DNA of 64,000 bases from Chitinophagales bacterium (GTDB lineage Bacteria; Bacteroidota; Bacteroidia; Chitinophagales; UBA10324), in NCBI GenBank assembly GCA_038326325.1, contig JBBQJW010000013.1:15460-79459 (forward strand), in the 5' to 3' direction. This document shows, piece after piece, positions 9,927 to 21,669 of this stretch. The notes beneath the pieces were generated by a model that saw only the letters and a list, made by a program, of their open reading frames with translations, made no database searches and was not told the origin of the DNA. The number at the start of each line of letters is the position of its first letter. Positions within the stretch are counted from its first letter, which is position 1. Position numbers and translations under genes: made by a program.

Positions 9927-10547
9927 ATGAAAAAAATCGAACTTGAAATAGTCGCACTCTCTCATAGTATTACACAATCGCATTCGTATGCGGTGGTGTT
10001 GGGTGAAACAGGTGGCATACGCAGATTACCGATTGTGATTGGTGGTTTCGAAGCCCAGGCAATTGCTGTTGCGTTGGAAAAAATGAATCCAAGCCGACCA
10101 CTCACTCACGATTTAATGAAGAGTTTGTGTTCATCATTCGCCATTGATTTGAAAGAGATTGTGATTAATAATCTGGTGGATGGAATATTTTTTTCGCAGT
10201 TGGTTTGTCAGCGCGATAACGAAATAATTGAAATTGATTCACGCACTTCAGATGCAATTGCATTGGCAATCCGTTTTGACTGTCCGATTTACACTTACGA
10301 TTTTATTCTTGACTCTGCAGGTTTGATTATTGAAGAGCAGGAACAAGATGCACCTGAAGAAAAGGAAAAGAAAAAAAGTGTGAAGAAAACCGAACCGAAA
10401 ATTTCTTCGGGAGTTAGCACCGGAGATTTATCAAAAGTTTCTTTACCAGAACTGAATGAGATGCTTTCGAAATATATTGAGAAAGAAGATTATGAAAAAG
10501 CCATCGCCGTTCGCGACGAAATAGGAAGAAGGAAAAAGCAATCGTAA
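9927..10547 (+). CDS. Bifunctional nuclease family protein (DUF151) with C-terminal UVR motif
   Basis: SYAVVLGETGGIRRLPIVIGGFEAQAIAVALE...RPLTHDLM is the DUF151 core. The C-terminus LNEMLSKYIEKEDYEKAIAVRDEI resembles a UvrB/C motif. Confidence 0.75.
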   Translation: MKKIELEIVALSHSITQSHSYAVVLGETGGIRRLPIVIGGFEAQAIAVALEKMNPSRPLTHDLMKSLCSSFAIDLKEIVINNLVDGIFFSQLVCQRDNEIIEIDSRTSDAIALAIRFDCPIYTYDFILDSAGLIIEEQEQDAPEEKEKKKSVKKTEPKISSGVSTGDLSKVSLPELNEMLSKYIEKEDYEKAIAVRDEIGRRKKQS

Positions 10548-10554
10548 ATCCTTT

Positions 10555-10965
10555 ATGGATTTCAAAATCATTTTATCTGAACTCATTATTAAAGCCACAC
10601 GCAGTGGCGGCAAGGGGGGACAAAATGTAAACAAAGTCAGCACCCGCATTCAGTTGTTCTTTTATGTAAAGAATAGTAGTGGCCTATCTGATGAGGAAAA
10701 AAATCTCATTCAACACAAACTGAAGAACAAGCTAAATGATGAAGGCGTGTTGCTGATAGATGTGCAGGAAGACCGCACGCAACTCGGCAACAAGAAAATT
10801 GCGTTAAAGAAATTAGAAGAGTCGCTGACGAATGCGCTAAAGAAAAAAAAGAAGCGAATAAAAACCGGTGTAACAGTAGCCGCCAAACGAAAAAGAATTG
10901 AAGGCAAAAAAATAGTTGGTGAGAAAAAACAATTGCGGCAGAAAAAATATTCAGCGGAAGATTGA
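10555..10965 (+). CDS. arfB: Alternative ribosome-rescue factor ArfB (GGQ peptidyl-tRNA hydrolase)
   Basis: 136 aa with the GGQ motif SGGKGGQNVNKVST and a Lys/Arg-rich C-terminal tail. Confidence 0.8.
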   Translation: MDFKIILSELIIKATRSGGKGGQNVNKVSTRIQLFFYVKNSSGLSDEEKNLIQHKLKNKLNDEGVLLIDVQEDRTQLGNKKIALKKLEESLTNALKKKKKRIKTGVTVAAKRKRIEGKKIVGEKKQLRQKKYSAED

Positions 10966-10975
10966 AAGATATTCA

Positions 10976-11857
10976 ATGATTCTTCCTCCTTACAATCCCA
11001 TCATTCAACAAATAGAAACCACACTCACAAAAGAAAAAAAAGTGAGTTGGAAAGTGCTGCGATTGGATTTGATTGATGAATTGATTGGGGGAAATAAACT
11101 TTTTAAACTGAAGTATAATCTCGAAGCCGCAAAACAAAGTGGGTTACCTGTTCTCACTTTTGGTGGCGCATTCAGCAATCACATTATCGCAACTGCAAAA
11201 ACTTGTTCGCTTAATAGTGTTACATCTATTGGAATTATACGAGGAGAAAGAGCAACGGAACTGAATCCTGTTTTAAAAACTGTCGAAAGTTTTGGAATGA
11301 AATTGAATTTTGTTTCGCGTGAAGAATACAGAAGGAGAGGAGAAGCAAAGTATCAAGATGAATTGCAAAATAAATTCGGCGAGCATTTCATTATTCCGGA
11401 AGGGGGTGGAAATGAATTGGGTGTAAAAGGTTGTATGGAAATTTTACCGGCTATTAATGAAGAATTTGATTTTGTTTTTACACCCATTGGAAGCGGTGGA
11501 ACATTCGCAGGACTTGCTTTATCAGCGCCAAAAAAAACAAAAGTTATTGGAGTTGCAGTTTTAAAAGGAGCAGAATATCTGGAGGAAACAGTTCAGCAAT
11601 TTATTGGAGAAAGACAATCAGCAACATGGAGCATCATTCACAATTATCATTTTGGTGGTTACGCGAAATGGAACGACGATCTGATAAATTTCATAAACGA
11701 TTTCAAAACTGTTACAGCCATTCCGCTTGAACCGATTTACAGCGGCAAATTATTTTTTGCTGTAAATGATTTGATAAAAAATAATTTTTTTCAAAAAGAA
11801 AGTAAAATTCTTTGTCTCCACACAGGTGGATTATTCACCGGAAAATTCCTGAAATAA
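10976..11857 (+). CDS. PLP-dependent ACC deaminase / D-cysteine desulfhydrase family protein
   Basis: GGNKLFKLKYNL...TFGGAFSNH, IIPEGGGN and GSGGTF motifs are present. The ORF-track start 10916 overlaps arfB; ATG 10976 (MILPPYNP) is preferred. Confidence 0.7.
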   Translation: MILPPYNPIIQQIETTLTKEKKVSWKVLRLDLIDELIGGNKLFKLKYNLEAAKQSGLPVLTFGGAFSNHIIATAKTCSLNSVTSIGIIRGERATELNPVLKTVESFGMKLNFVSREEYRRRGEAKYQDELQNKFGEHFIIPEGGGNELGVKGCMEILPAINEEFDFVFTPIGSGGTFAGLALSAPKKTKVIGVAVLKGAEYLEETVQQFIGERQSATWSIIHNYHFGGYAKWNDDLINFINDFKTVTAIPLEPIYSGKLFFAVNDLIKNNFFQKESKILCLHTGGLFTGKFLK

Positions 11858-11860
11858 AAA

Positions 11861-11890
11861 ATCCTCCAATTTCTTGGAGGATTTATTTTG
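11861..11890. terminator. Bidirectional terminator between convergent genes
   Basis: Stem ATCCTCCAA (11861-69) / TTGGAGGAT (11874-82), loop TTTC, with an A-run upstream and a T-rich tail downstream. Confidence 0.7.
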
Positions 11891-11917
11891 TATTGATTGA
11901 CAATTCACCATTTACAA

Positions 11918-12574
11918 CTACATTCCCATCTTCTGCATTTGCTCCATTGTCATTTCGGTATAGCCGGAAGCAGGAACAACAAACATATCATCACTTACAG
12001 GTTTAAAGTCAACTGAGGTGCACGACATAGTCATTGTATTTCCTTTTTGCTCCATAGAGTATTCCATAAGTACTCCGTCAATTTTAGAATACGGACCGGA
12101 ATAAGTTGTTGTTCCATCTCGTTTAATTTCATTGGTGAAATAGGCGAAGAATGATTTTCCGTCCTTGGTTTTTATAATCGCTTTTTTGCAATTGTATCCG
12201 GCAATTACTTTTGAATCATCGGTAACTGTAACAGTGTAGTCTTCTGGATTCATTTTTTTAGTGTCGTATTGTTTTTTGTCCATAGTCATTTTAATTTTCT
12301 GCCCCATCATATCCATGAGAGTTACAAACTTGTTGTCATCCACCCGGATGGTTCTGGTCTTAATCATTCCCATATCCATAACAGTCGCGAATTTGTCGTT
12401 CTTAATGTATATGTTCAAATTCATATTCTGCATCATTGCCTGCGCCTGCGGATCTGTTACTCCACTCACGCTTACTTTATAGGTGAGTGTTCCTTCAGTA
12501 AAAATTTTTTGCGCGAAAGTTGATTGAGAAGTTGCGACTAAAAAAAGAACGAACAGCGATTTTAAATTTTTCAT
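11918..12574 (-). CDS. Secreted protein of unknown function (distantly GLPGLI/DUF4412-like)
   Basis: Signal peptide MKNLKSLFVLFLVATSQSTFAQ with beta-rich, Met/Lys-rich composition. The family assignment is tentative. Confidence 0.4.
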   Translation of the reverse strand: MKNLKSLFVLFLVATSQSTFAQKIFTEGTLTYKVSVSGVTDPQAQAMMQNMNLNIYIKNDKFATVMDMGMIKTRTIRVDDNKFVTLMDMMGQKIKMTMDKKQYDTKKMNPEDYTVTVTDDSKVIAGYNCKKAIIKTKDGKSFFAYFTNEIKRDGTTTYSGPYSKIDGVLMEYSMEQKGNTMTMSCTSVDFKPVSDDMFVVPASGYTEMTMEQMQKMGM

Positions 12575-12614
12575 TTGGTTTGTGTTTTTGAGAGCTCGAA
12601 AATAGCAGATTGAA

Positions 12615-13391
12615 TTACCACTTCAAATTTTCTTTATTTAAAAATGCAGCGATTCCTTTTTTGCAATCTTCAGTGCCACGGGCTTTTGCATTCATTTCAG
12701 CAGCATAGTTCAATGCTTTCTCCAATGACAATTCCTGCACTTTACCAATCATTTCTTTTGTGAGTGAAAGCGATTGCGCTGAAGTTTCATTGCAAATTGA
12801 AATGGCAAATTCTGTCACCTTCACGGCAATTTCTTCTTTTGAATAAATCGAGTTCACTAATCCCAACTTAGCAGCTTGCGTCGCATCAATCAGTTTTCCG
12901 GTAAGTAAAAGCTCTTTTGCTTTTGCTTCACCGATTTTTCGCAACAGAAAAATCATCACGATTGCAGGAACAAAGCCAATCTTCACTTCGGTGTAACCAA
13001 ACTTTGCTTCTGTAACAGCGAAAGTAAAATCACAAACAGTTGCTAACCCGCAACCACCAGCAATTGCTGCTCCTTCCACTTGTGCGATAATTATTTTCGG
13101 ATGAGTATAAATGGTTTCAAATAGCTCTTTCAATTGCGAACTGTCTATAAAATTTTCTTCAAAAGTGTTCTGCTGCATCTTTTGCAGATGATCTAAATCG
13201 GCACCGGCACTGAAAACGGTTCCGTTACTTTTCAATACAATTACTTTAACTGTTACATCGCTGTTTGCTTTGATGAGGGCATCTTTCAGTGCAGAAATCA
13301 TTTCCGGATTCAGTGCATTGCGTTTGTCTGCGCGGTTGAGGGTGAGATAAGCAATGCGCTCTGTTACTTCATACAAAATAGATTCATTCAT
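12615..13391 (-). CDS. Enoyl-CoA hydratase/isomerase (crotonase) family protein
   Basis: 258 aa with LNRADKRNAL...VFSAGADL...AQVEGAAIAGGCGLA...FGYTEVKIG. Confidence 0.85.
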   Translation of the reverse strand: MNESILYEVTERIAYLTLNRADKRNALNPEMISALKDALIKANSDVTVKVIVLKSNGTVFSAGADLDHLQKMQQNTFEENFIDSSQLKELFETIYTHPKIIIAQVEGAAIAGGCGLATVCDFTFAVTEAKFGYTEVKIGFVPAIVMIFLLRKIGEAKAKELLLTGKLIDATQAAKLGLVNSIYSKEEIAVKVTEFAISICNETSAQSLSLTKEMIGKVQELSLEKALNYAAEMNAKARGTEDCKKGIAAFLNKENLKW

Positions 13392-13393
13392 AG

Positions 13394-15496
13394 TTAAAAT
13401 TGTTTAATCCACGGACCGTCAATCGGTAAATAATGGAGTTGTAAACTTAATTCTGCGCAATGATTCTTTAGCAATTTGAAATTAAAATTCTTTTGCTCAC
13501 TATCTGCAATCCAGTAATCAGGAGTGAAGTTTTCTTTTATTGTTTCAGCTTTTGCATGAGTGGTTTTTCCAATCACAAAATCAAGATTGACAGGTTCAGC
13601 AGAAGATTTAAAATTATCGTCAACCAAAACACCTTTCATCCCTTCAAACGAAATAAATTTTCCGTAAGAATTAAACTTTTTCCATGAATGAGCAGATGAA
13701 TCATTGATGCTGCTTAACGGAATTATTTGAAGATTGGAAACAGGAGTGTGTTTGAGAAAACTATTTGTGTATTGACTGAAGTAGGCATCGCTCAGCAATG
13801 TGTCATCAGCAATCATCAGCGCATTATTCCGTTCTCTGAAAACATATAAGTCACCTTTCCCGAAATGAAGAAACAGTAATTCTTTTTTCTCCAAATAATT
13901 TATTGCAGCATAAGTATTAATAATGATCACAATCAACATTGTTGATAAACTGTAAATGATTTTTCGAGGGATTCTTTTTTCAATGAATTCATAAAAGAAA
14001 TAAAGTGCGAGTGCGGTAAGTATCAGACTCGCAATTCCGAATGAAGGAATATTTAAAGTTGAGAATGAAAACGATTGTACCCAATTGATATAGCCATCGA
14101 GCCATTGAGTCGCAGTTTTTAAAATTATCCCTGCATACAATGCTATTGGAGGAATTAATGAAAGCACAAATAGTCCTAAACCGCCAAACAAAATTCCGGT
14201 TGAAAGTGGAACAGCAATAATGTTCGCAACCAAAAACAATAAAGGAAACTGATTGAAATAAAAAAGAGTGAGTGGTAAAACTCCTAATTGCGCGGCCATG
14301 CTCACACTACACATTCGCCAGACCAAGTGTAACACCGGATTACGGAATTCAATCATCTGAGCAAAATTTCTTTCCCAAAGTGCAATACCTACAAGAGCAG
14401 TAAACGATAATTGAAAACCCGCATCAATAAATGTGAAAGGAGAAATCAATAAAATCAGAAACGCAGAAGAGCAAAGCGAGTTGATAATATCCATTCGCCG
14501 TTTTAGATTTTTTCCGATGATAACCATACTAATCATTGCAGCGGCTCTTACAATTGAACCACCTAAACCTGTAATCATTGCGAACAACCAAATGCAACTG
14601 ATAAGAATAATTACTTTTATAATTTTTGTTGAACTGTTACGGTTTAAAAATTTCAAAAGAAACTCAAGCATTATGTAAAGCAAACCGACATGCATGCCTG
14701 AAACTGCAAGGATGTGAATGACTCCCGCTGATGAAAACGATTGCACAATATCCTGAGTTACTTCATCGCGATAACCAACTGTGAGTGCTGATACAACAGC
14801 GGCCTCTTTCGGTGAAGCAACATATTTTTTAATGCAGGTCACACACCAGTCGCGTAGGTAATATGCCACGCGTAATAAAGTGTATCCGTCATTTTCATTC
14901 AGCGGAATAAATTCTTTTTCGCGAAGGAAAATGCTGCAATGAATATTCATTTTATCGAGATACCCTTTGTAATCGTATTGATAAGGAATGTTCGGTGCAT
15001 CAAGTGCTGAAGGTTTGTTTTTCACCATCACCAAATCACCATAATGAAATTTCAATGCTTCATCGGTGTTGCTGAAATATGCAACGGCATTTCCTGAACA
15101 AGTATGAAATTGATTTTTGTTTCCTGATTGCTCTGCCTTCACTACACAACGCACAAATTTTTCTTTGAACACAGGTGGCTGATTAATTTTCAGAATAAGG
15201 AAGTCATCTTTCTTAAAATTGATAAAATGGTCGGCGTGATGCAAATCGTAATCATCTGAGAAAAAAGAAAATCCGGCAATAAATAAAAATACTGTTACAC
15301 TCAATCCGTACAGCCAGTTATAGCGAATGGTGTACAAATACTTTCTGTGAACAAGAAAATAAATTAAACAAAGGGTAAGTGTAACAGGAATGAGATACCA
15401 AATAGGAAAATAAATACCGCTCCAATATGCAGCAAGCATTCCTGCGGCAAATGAAATGAGAAGTTTAAGAAATATGCGTCCACTGTTTTTATACAC
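13394..15496 (-). CDS. comEC: ComEC/Rec2 family DNA internalisation channel protein
   Basis: 700-aa polytopic membrane protein with the competence-domain motif AGVIHILAVSGMHVGLLY. It has an N-terminal DUF4131-like part and a C-terminal soluble part. Confidence 0.85.
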   Translation of the reverse strand: MYKNSGRIFLKLLISFAAGMLAAYWSGIYFPIWYLIPVTLTLCLIYFLVHRKYLYTIRYNWLYGLSVTVFLFIAGFSFFSDDYDLHHADHFINFKKDDFLILKINQPPVFKEKFVRCVVKAEQSGNKNQFHTCSGNAVAYFSNTDEALKFHYGDLVMVKNKPSALDAPNIPYQYDYKGYLDKMNIHCSIFLREKEFIPLNENDGYTLLRVAYYLRDWCVTCIKKYVASPKEAAVVSALTVGYRDEVTQDIVQSFSSAGVIHILAVSGMHVGLLYIMLEFLLKFLNRNSSTKIIKVIILISCIWLFAMITGLGGSIVRAAAMISMVIIGKNLKRRMDIINSLCSSAFLILLISPFTFIDAGFQLSFTALVGIALWERNFAQMIEFRNPVLHLVWRMCSVSMAAQLGVLPLTLFYFNQFPLLFLVANIIAVPLSTGILFGGLGLFVLSLIPPIALYAGIILKTATQWLDGYINWVQSFSFSTLNIPSFGIASLILTALALYFFYEFIEKRIPRKIIYSLSTMLIVIIINTYAAINYLEKKELLFLHFGKGDLYVFRERNNALMIADDTLLSDAYFSQYTNSFLKHTPVSNLQIIPLSSINDSSAHSWKKFNSYGKFISFEGMKGVLVDDNFKSSAEPVNLDFVIGKTTHAKAETIKENFTPDYWIADSEQKNFNFKLLKNHCAELSLQLHYLPIDGPWIKQF

Positions 15497-15726
15497 TGAA
15501 GAAATATTCTTCGGGTAAAATACTTTAAAATTGAAAAACTAAAAATGAAAATTTAAAAGCCACTCCGATTTATGGGGGCTTTTTTGTTTTTTAGTATTTT
15601 GTGCTGCGAAGAAATTTTGCCAGTGAAAACACTCCCGACGATTACATTGGGACTATTCGCATGTAAGAACGCAAGGGTTTTAAAAAGTGTAACACCAACA
15701 AGAACGAAAAAAATTGTAATTGTAAA

Positions 15727-17568
15727 ATGATAAGTCGAATATTGATATTTTACTTTTTACTCTGTCCTCTTTTTTCTTTTGCTCAGAAGGAGGATCGAGT
15801 ATGGGTGTTTGATGATAGTATATCAGTTGACTGGAATGACACTTTAAATCCTATAGTTTATAATGTCAGTATGAATACTCCTTTCTATAATGAAAACTAT
15901 GCTTCAATTGCTGATAAGAATGGGAACTTACTTTATTATGTGGCAGAAGGTTCGCAGTACTTGGGATACTCAGGTTTTTTTGGGGCTATTTACAATGACA
16001 ACGAAATAATTATTCCAAATGGTGACAGTATCGGAAGCGACCGATCAATTACAAATGGTAATTTGTTTATCCCTTCATTAATTGATTCGAATATTACTTA
16101 CTTATTTTATTTAGCTCAAGATGCATCTAGTACTGCCATTGTTGAGCATGGATTTTATTATGCTTTAATTGATAGAACAATTGGTTGTATATCAAAAGTA
16201 AATCTACTCTTAAATGATACTCTGACCGAAAAACTGACTGCAGTCAGACATGGCAATGGTCGAGATTGGTGGATACTTATACATAAAAATGAAAGTAAGA
16301 TTTTTTATAAATTTCTATTTACACCGCAGGGAATAACAGGTCCTTTTCTTCAGAATATCGGTCCAAAACTTACTAATTATTCAGCAGGGCAAATGAAGTT
16401 TTCGCCTGATGGGAGCAAATTAGGTTTAGTGAGTATTGAAAAACATGTTTCATTATTTGATTTTGACAGATGTACGGGTGTTTTAAGTAATTATAAAAAT
16501 CTTGGCAACTTTAAGACTTATGGTTGTTCGTTTTCTCCTTCCGGTAAAATTTTTTATACCTCAACAATTTATAGTAATAGCGGGATTGACAGTTTATTCC
16601 AATACAATCTTGATTCATCTAATATTTTAGCGAGCCGGTTTTTACTTTGGACTGACAGGGATAGTTTTCTTATTGGTCAGCATCTACTTGGCCCGAATGG
16701 GAAAATTTATATTGCAAATCTTTTCAATGCAATGACCACTATTAATATTTATGATACAGCAAATATGAATCTTAGCGTAATAACTGAGCCCGATGTATAT
16801 GGTTCAGGGTGCAATTTTCAACCTTATTCGTTTAATTTGAATGGGGGCAGATGCAGATTAGGGTTACCAAATATGGTTAATTACGGTTTGGGGGCATTAG
16901 CAGGAAGTGCTTGTGATACTTTAAACTGTATGCTATCAAACTCACAAACAATAAAACTCTGCGTTGGTGATAGTATTTATTTACAAGGTGCTTATCAAAC
17001 AACAGCTGGAATATATCACGATACACTAAATAATGCAGTTGGATGCGATAGTATTGTTATTACAACTGTTTCAATGCAGGTTCCAGTTAATGATTCTGTG
17101 ATACAGACAAGTGATACACTAACCGCGCAATTATCAGGTGTAACCTATCAATGGTTTAACTGCGTCAGCAGTGCAAATATTTCGGGTGCAACATCTCAAT
17201 CATTTGTTGCAACAACAACAGGGCATTTTGCAGTTTGGGTAACGGATGGATTTAATTGTAGTATGCTATCTGCTTGCGTGTTTGTAGATGTGTTGGGAGT
17301 TGGTTCGTGGATGGTTGATGGTGTTTTGGAACTTATGGTTTATCCGAATCCAACAGAAGGACAATTAACAGTTTCATTAGTGAATGGTGAATGGTCAATA
17401 GTGAATGAAATTATAATTACTGATGCTCTTGGTGTAACAGTTGTGAAGTTGAAGCAAACGAAGCCAAGGGCACAGATAAATATTAAATCGTTTACTGCCG
17501 GAATTTATTTTGTGAAGGTGAGAATGAAGGATGGAAGTGTAACGGTGAGGAAATTTATTAAACAATAA
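15727..17568 (+). CDS. Secreted T9SS cargo protein (unknown passenger domain)
   Basis: Signal peptide ...LFSFAQ. The C-terminal CTD reads VYPNPTEGQLTVSL...FTAGIYFVKVRMKDGSVTVRKFIKQ. Confidence 0.7.
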   Translation: MISRILIFYFLLCPLFSFAQKEDRVWVFDDSISVDWNDTLNPIVYNVSMNTPFYNENYASIADKNGNLLYYVAEGSQYLGYSGFFGAIYNDNEIIIPNGDSIGSDRSITNGNLFIPSLIDSNITYLFYLAQDASSTAIVEHGFYYALIDRTIGCISKVNLLLNDTLTEKLTAVRHGNGRDWWILIHKNESKIFYKFLFTPQGITGPFLQNIGPKLTNYSAGQMKFSPDGSKLGLVSIEKHVSLFDFDRCTGVLSNYKNLGNFKTYGCSFSPSGKIFYTSTIYSNSGIDSLFQYNLDSSNILASRFLLWTDRDSFLIGQHLLGPNGKIYIANLFNAMTTINIYDTANMNLSVITEPDVYGSGCNFQPYSFNLNGGRCRLGLPNMVNYGLGALAGSACDTLNCMLSNSQTIKLCVGDSIYLQGAYQTTAGIYHDTLNNAVGCDSIVITTVSMQVPVNDSVIQTSDTLTAQLSGVTYQWFNCVSSANISGATSQSFVATTTGHFAVWVTDGFNCSMLSACVFVDVLGVGSWMVDGVLELMVYPNPTEGQLTVSLVNGEWSIVNEIIITDALGVTVVKLKQTKPRAQINIKSFTAGIYFVKVRMKDGSVTVRKFIKQ

Positions 17569-17721
17569 AGTATATTAGTTTTTCACTTTCGATACGGTGT
17601 TGCTTCCCGAATTCTTCGGGATAAATCGGGTGAAGGATGGCAGCGGAAATCATTTTATTGTAATCAATAAAATATTGCAGTGAACAGCCTGACAGCATTT
17701 TTGATTTGAAAGGTGTAACGG

Positions 17722-17772
17722 TTTTTAAAAAAGGAGATTGCTTCAGAAAGTGATTACACTTTCTGAAGCAAT
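17722..17772 (-). terminator. yidC terminator
   Basis: Perfect 16-bp stem (17737-17752 / 17757-17772, loop ATTA). On the minus strand it is followed by CTCCTTTTTTAAAAA. Confidence 0.75.
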
Positions 17773-17814
17773 GACACCGCAAAAAAATGGTGGCACCCCA
17801 AAAATGAAACTGGT

Positions 17815-19695
17815 TTATTTTCTTCCTCTTTCGCGCTGGGCTTGCTGTTGTTTTTTCTGCATGTCTTCGAGGCGCGCCATGAATCCGGTTTTCTTTCCAG
17901 GAGTTTTCTTTTTGTTTTCCTGAATCTGAGCGTGAATGGCTTTCTCGTCAATCATGTATTTCTGAACACCCCACTGCATGAGGATTGAAAACACATTGAA
18001 CAGAAAATAATAGTAGGTGAGGGCAGCAGGTAAATTATTGAATATGCCTAGCAACATCACAGGGAAAATGTATTGCATCCATTTCATCTGACCTGTTACA
18101 TTATTCATTTGACTTGTGTAAACTGCCATTACAATTTGTGTAACAGTCATGAGCAGAGTGAACAAACTTACATGGTCGCCATAAAAGGGAAGTGAGAAAT
18201 GGTTGGGAAAATTCCAGATGCTATCGTATGATGATAAATCTTTCGCCCACAAAAATGGCTGCATGCGCAACTCAATCGCATTCGGGAATAAACTGTACAT
18301 CGCAGTCAGAATCGGAAGTTGTATCAGTAAAGGAAGACAACCACCTAAAGGATTCACACCTGCTTTGCCAAACAATTTCATTTGCTCTTGACCGAACTTT
18401 GCTTGATCGTCTTTGTATTTTTCTTTCAGTTCATCAATCTCAGGTTTCAACACTTTCATTTTAGCCGCAGATACCATTGACTTGTAAGTCAATGGCAAAG
18501 TGACACCACGAATAAGAATGGTCATGATGAGAATGATGATTCCATAATTGAAAATGAAACCATTCAGAAAATTGAAAAGCGGAAGGATAAAATATTTATT
18601 AATCGGAGCTGCGAACCATGAGAAAATTCCCCAGCCTAAAGGAATGATTTCATCCAAACCAATTCCAAATTTTTTCAAACTCGCATAGTGATTCGGACCG
18701 AAATAAAAATTCATCGAATAATTATTATCAATGTTATGCTTGTATGGAATCACCAATTCTGCTTCCATTGTTTTTACATAAGTATTACTTGTGTCGAGTG
18801 ATACTTTCACATTTCCCTGCTCAAAAACTTTAGGAGCAATAAGCGCAGTATTAAAGAAGTGTTGCTTGAAAGAAATCCAGTCAACAAAAGTTGTCAGTTT
18901 TTCTGTTCCCTCAGCAGAAGTAGAAAGACTGCTTGCACTTTCACTTGGATATTTAAAATAGACTGTTGAGTAAGTTCTGTTGTTTGTAATTGTGTGTTCT
19001 CCATTCAGCAATTTCTGTTTCCAAACTAGAGTGAAGTAATCATCTTTTTGAGCGATGATACTGTCAAGTCCTTTCAGATTCAGTTTATATCCAAGCATGT
19101 ACGAACCATCACGAATGGTGTAGTTCTGTTCGATGTAACGGTCGGCACTTAAGTATGCGCGGTAACGAATGGAAGCAGAATCTTTTCCGGTAACAAATGC
19201 TGATTGATTTTCAGCTTTGAAATAAATGTCGCCGGTGTTTACCTGATTGGTTCCGGTGAAAAAAACATATTCAAATTTGTTGCTCGATTCTTCAAACAGA
19301 ACCATCGGCTTTCCATCAAAGGTTTTATATTTTTTTAATTCAACCGAATGAACTTTTCCGCCCTTGTTGCTGAGCGTAACTTTCATTACATCATTTTCCA
19401 ATGTCAGAAAATCTTCGCGTGTAACAGTTGAGTCAATAAAGTATCCTGCATTAATAACGGGTGCCGCAGTAGTTGCAACTTTATTTGTGTCGGTTGACGA
19501 AAGTGTAACAGAATCTTTCGGTGTACTCGCGAGCTTCGAAGCTTCCTTTTTTTCGGCCGTTGTTTTTACAAGTGCAACGGAATCCTCTATTCTTTTTTGC
19601 TGAGCGAGTTCAGTTGCAGAAGGTTGATTGAAAATACTCCACATCAATAATAAAGCACCAATCAGCACCAAGCCGATAATCGTATTCCTATCCAT
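17815..19695 (-). CDS. yidC: Membrane protein insertase YidC (long Bacteroidota type)
   Basis: 626 aa with a large periplasmic domain, then GWGIFSW...LTYKSMVSAAKMKVLKPEI..LKEKYKDD...GVNPLGGCLP.LIQ.PI. Confidence 0.9.
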   Translation of the reverse strand: MDRNTIIGLVLIGALLLMWSIFNQPSATELAQQKRIEDSVALVKTTAEKKEASKLASTPKDSVTLSSTDTNKVATTAAPVINAGYFIDSTVTREDFLTLENDVMKVTLSNKGGKVHSVELKKYKTFDGKPMVLFEESSNKFEYVFFTGTNQVNTGDIYFKAENQSAFVTGKDSASIRYRAYLSADRYIEQNYTIRDGSYMLGYKLNLKGLDSIIAQKDDYFTLVWKQKLLNGEHTITNNRTYSTVYFKYPSESASSLSTSAEGTEKLTTFVDWISFKQHFFNTALIAPKVFEQGNVKVSLDTSNTYVKTMEAELVIPYKHNIDNNYSMNFYFGPNHYASLKKFGIGLDEIIPLGWGIFSWFAAPINKYFILPLFNFLNGFIFNYGIIILIMTILIRGVTLPLTYKSMVSAAKMKVLKPEIDELKEKYKDDQAKFGQEQMKLFGKAGVNPLGGCLPLLIQLPILTAMYSLFPNAIELRMQPFLWAKDLSSYDSIWNFPNHFSLPFYGDHVSLFTLLMTVTQIVMAVYTSQMNNVTGQMKWMQYIFPVMLLGIFNNLPAALTYYYFLFNVFSILMQWGVQKYMIDEKAIHAQIQENKKKTPGKKTGFMARLEDMQKKQQQAQRERGRK

Positions 19696-19734
19696 TTAAT
19701 TTTTTATCAAACTTTTTTTTTGAGGGCGGCAAAC

Positions 19735-21411
<1,677 letters not shown>

Positions 21412-21669
21412 TTACGGGCTGTAAATGTAAACCAAAGAGTTAAAATGAAATGGTGAAATGATTTTTTTGTTAAATAATTTATTTGTTCTGTGTTTTTAAT
21501 TTTTTATTTTAAACATGCAATAATTGATAACAAAACCACCTATGAAAACTAAGAATCATAGTCGTGCACAAAAAAATCATGTTTGTCTAATTATGGGGTA
21601 CAATACATTTCCACTATTCAGATAATAAATATCAGAGAGTTCCGTTTCATTTCCGATTTTTACCCGCTC

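Noticed and set aside
10916-10975. N-terminal extension of the ACC-deaminase-family ORF overlapping arfB by 50 nt
   Set aside because: The extension (MVRKNNCGRKNIQRKIERYS) is a frame-shifted read of the Lys-rich arfB tail. ATG 10976 gives a normal N-terminus.
15556-15592. Terminator-like hairpin AAAAGCCACTCC...GGGGGCTTTTTT between the divergent comEC and T9SS cargo genes
   Set aside because: The stem is weak (5 good pairs), and no gene reads into it from either side. It may be a relic and is not reported as a feature.
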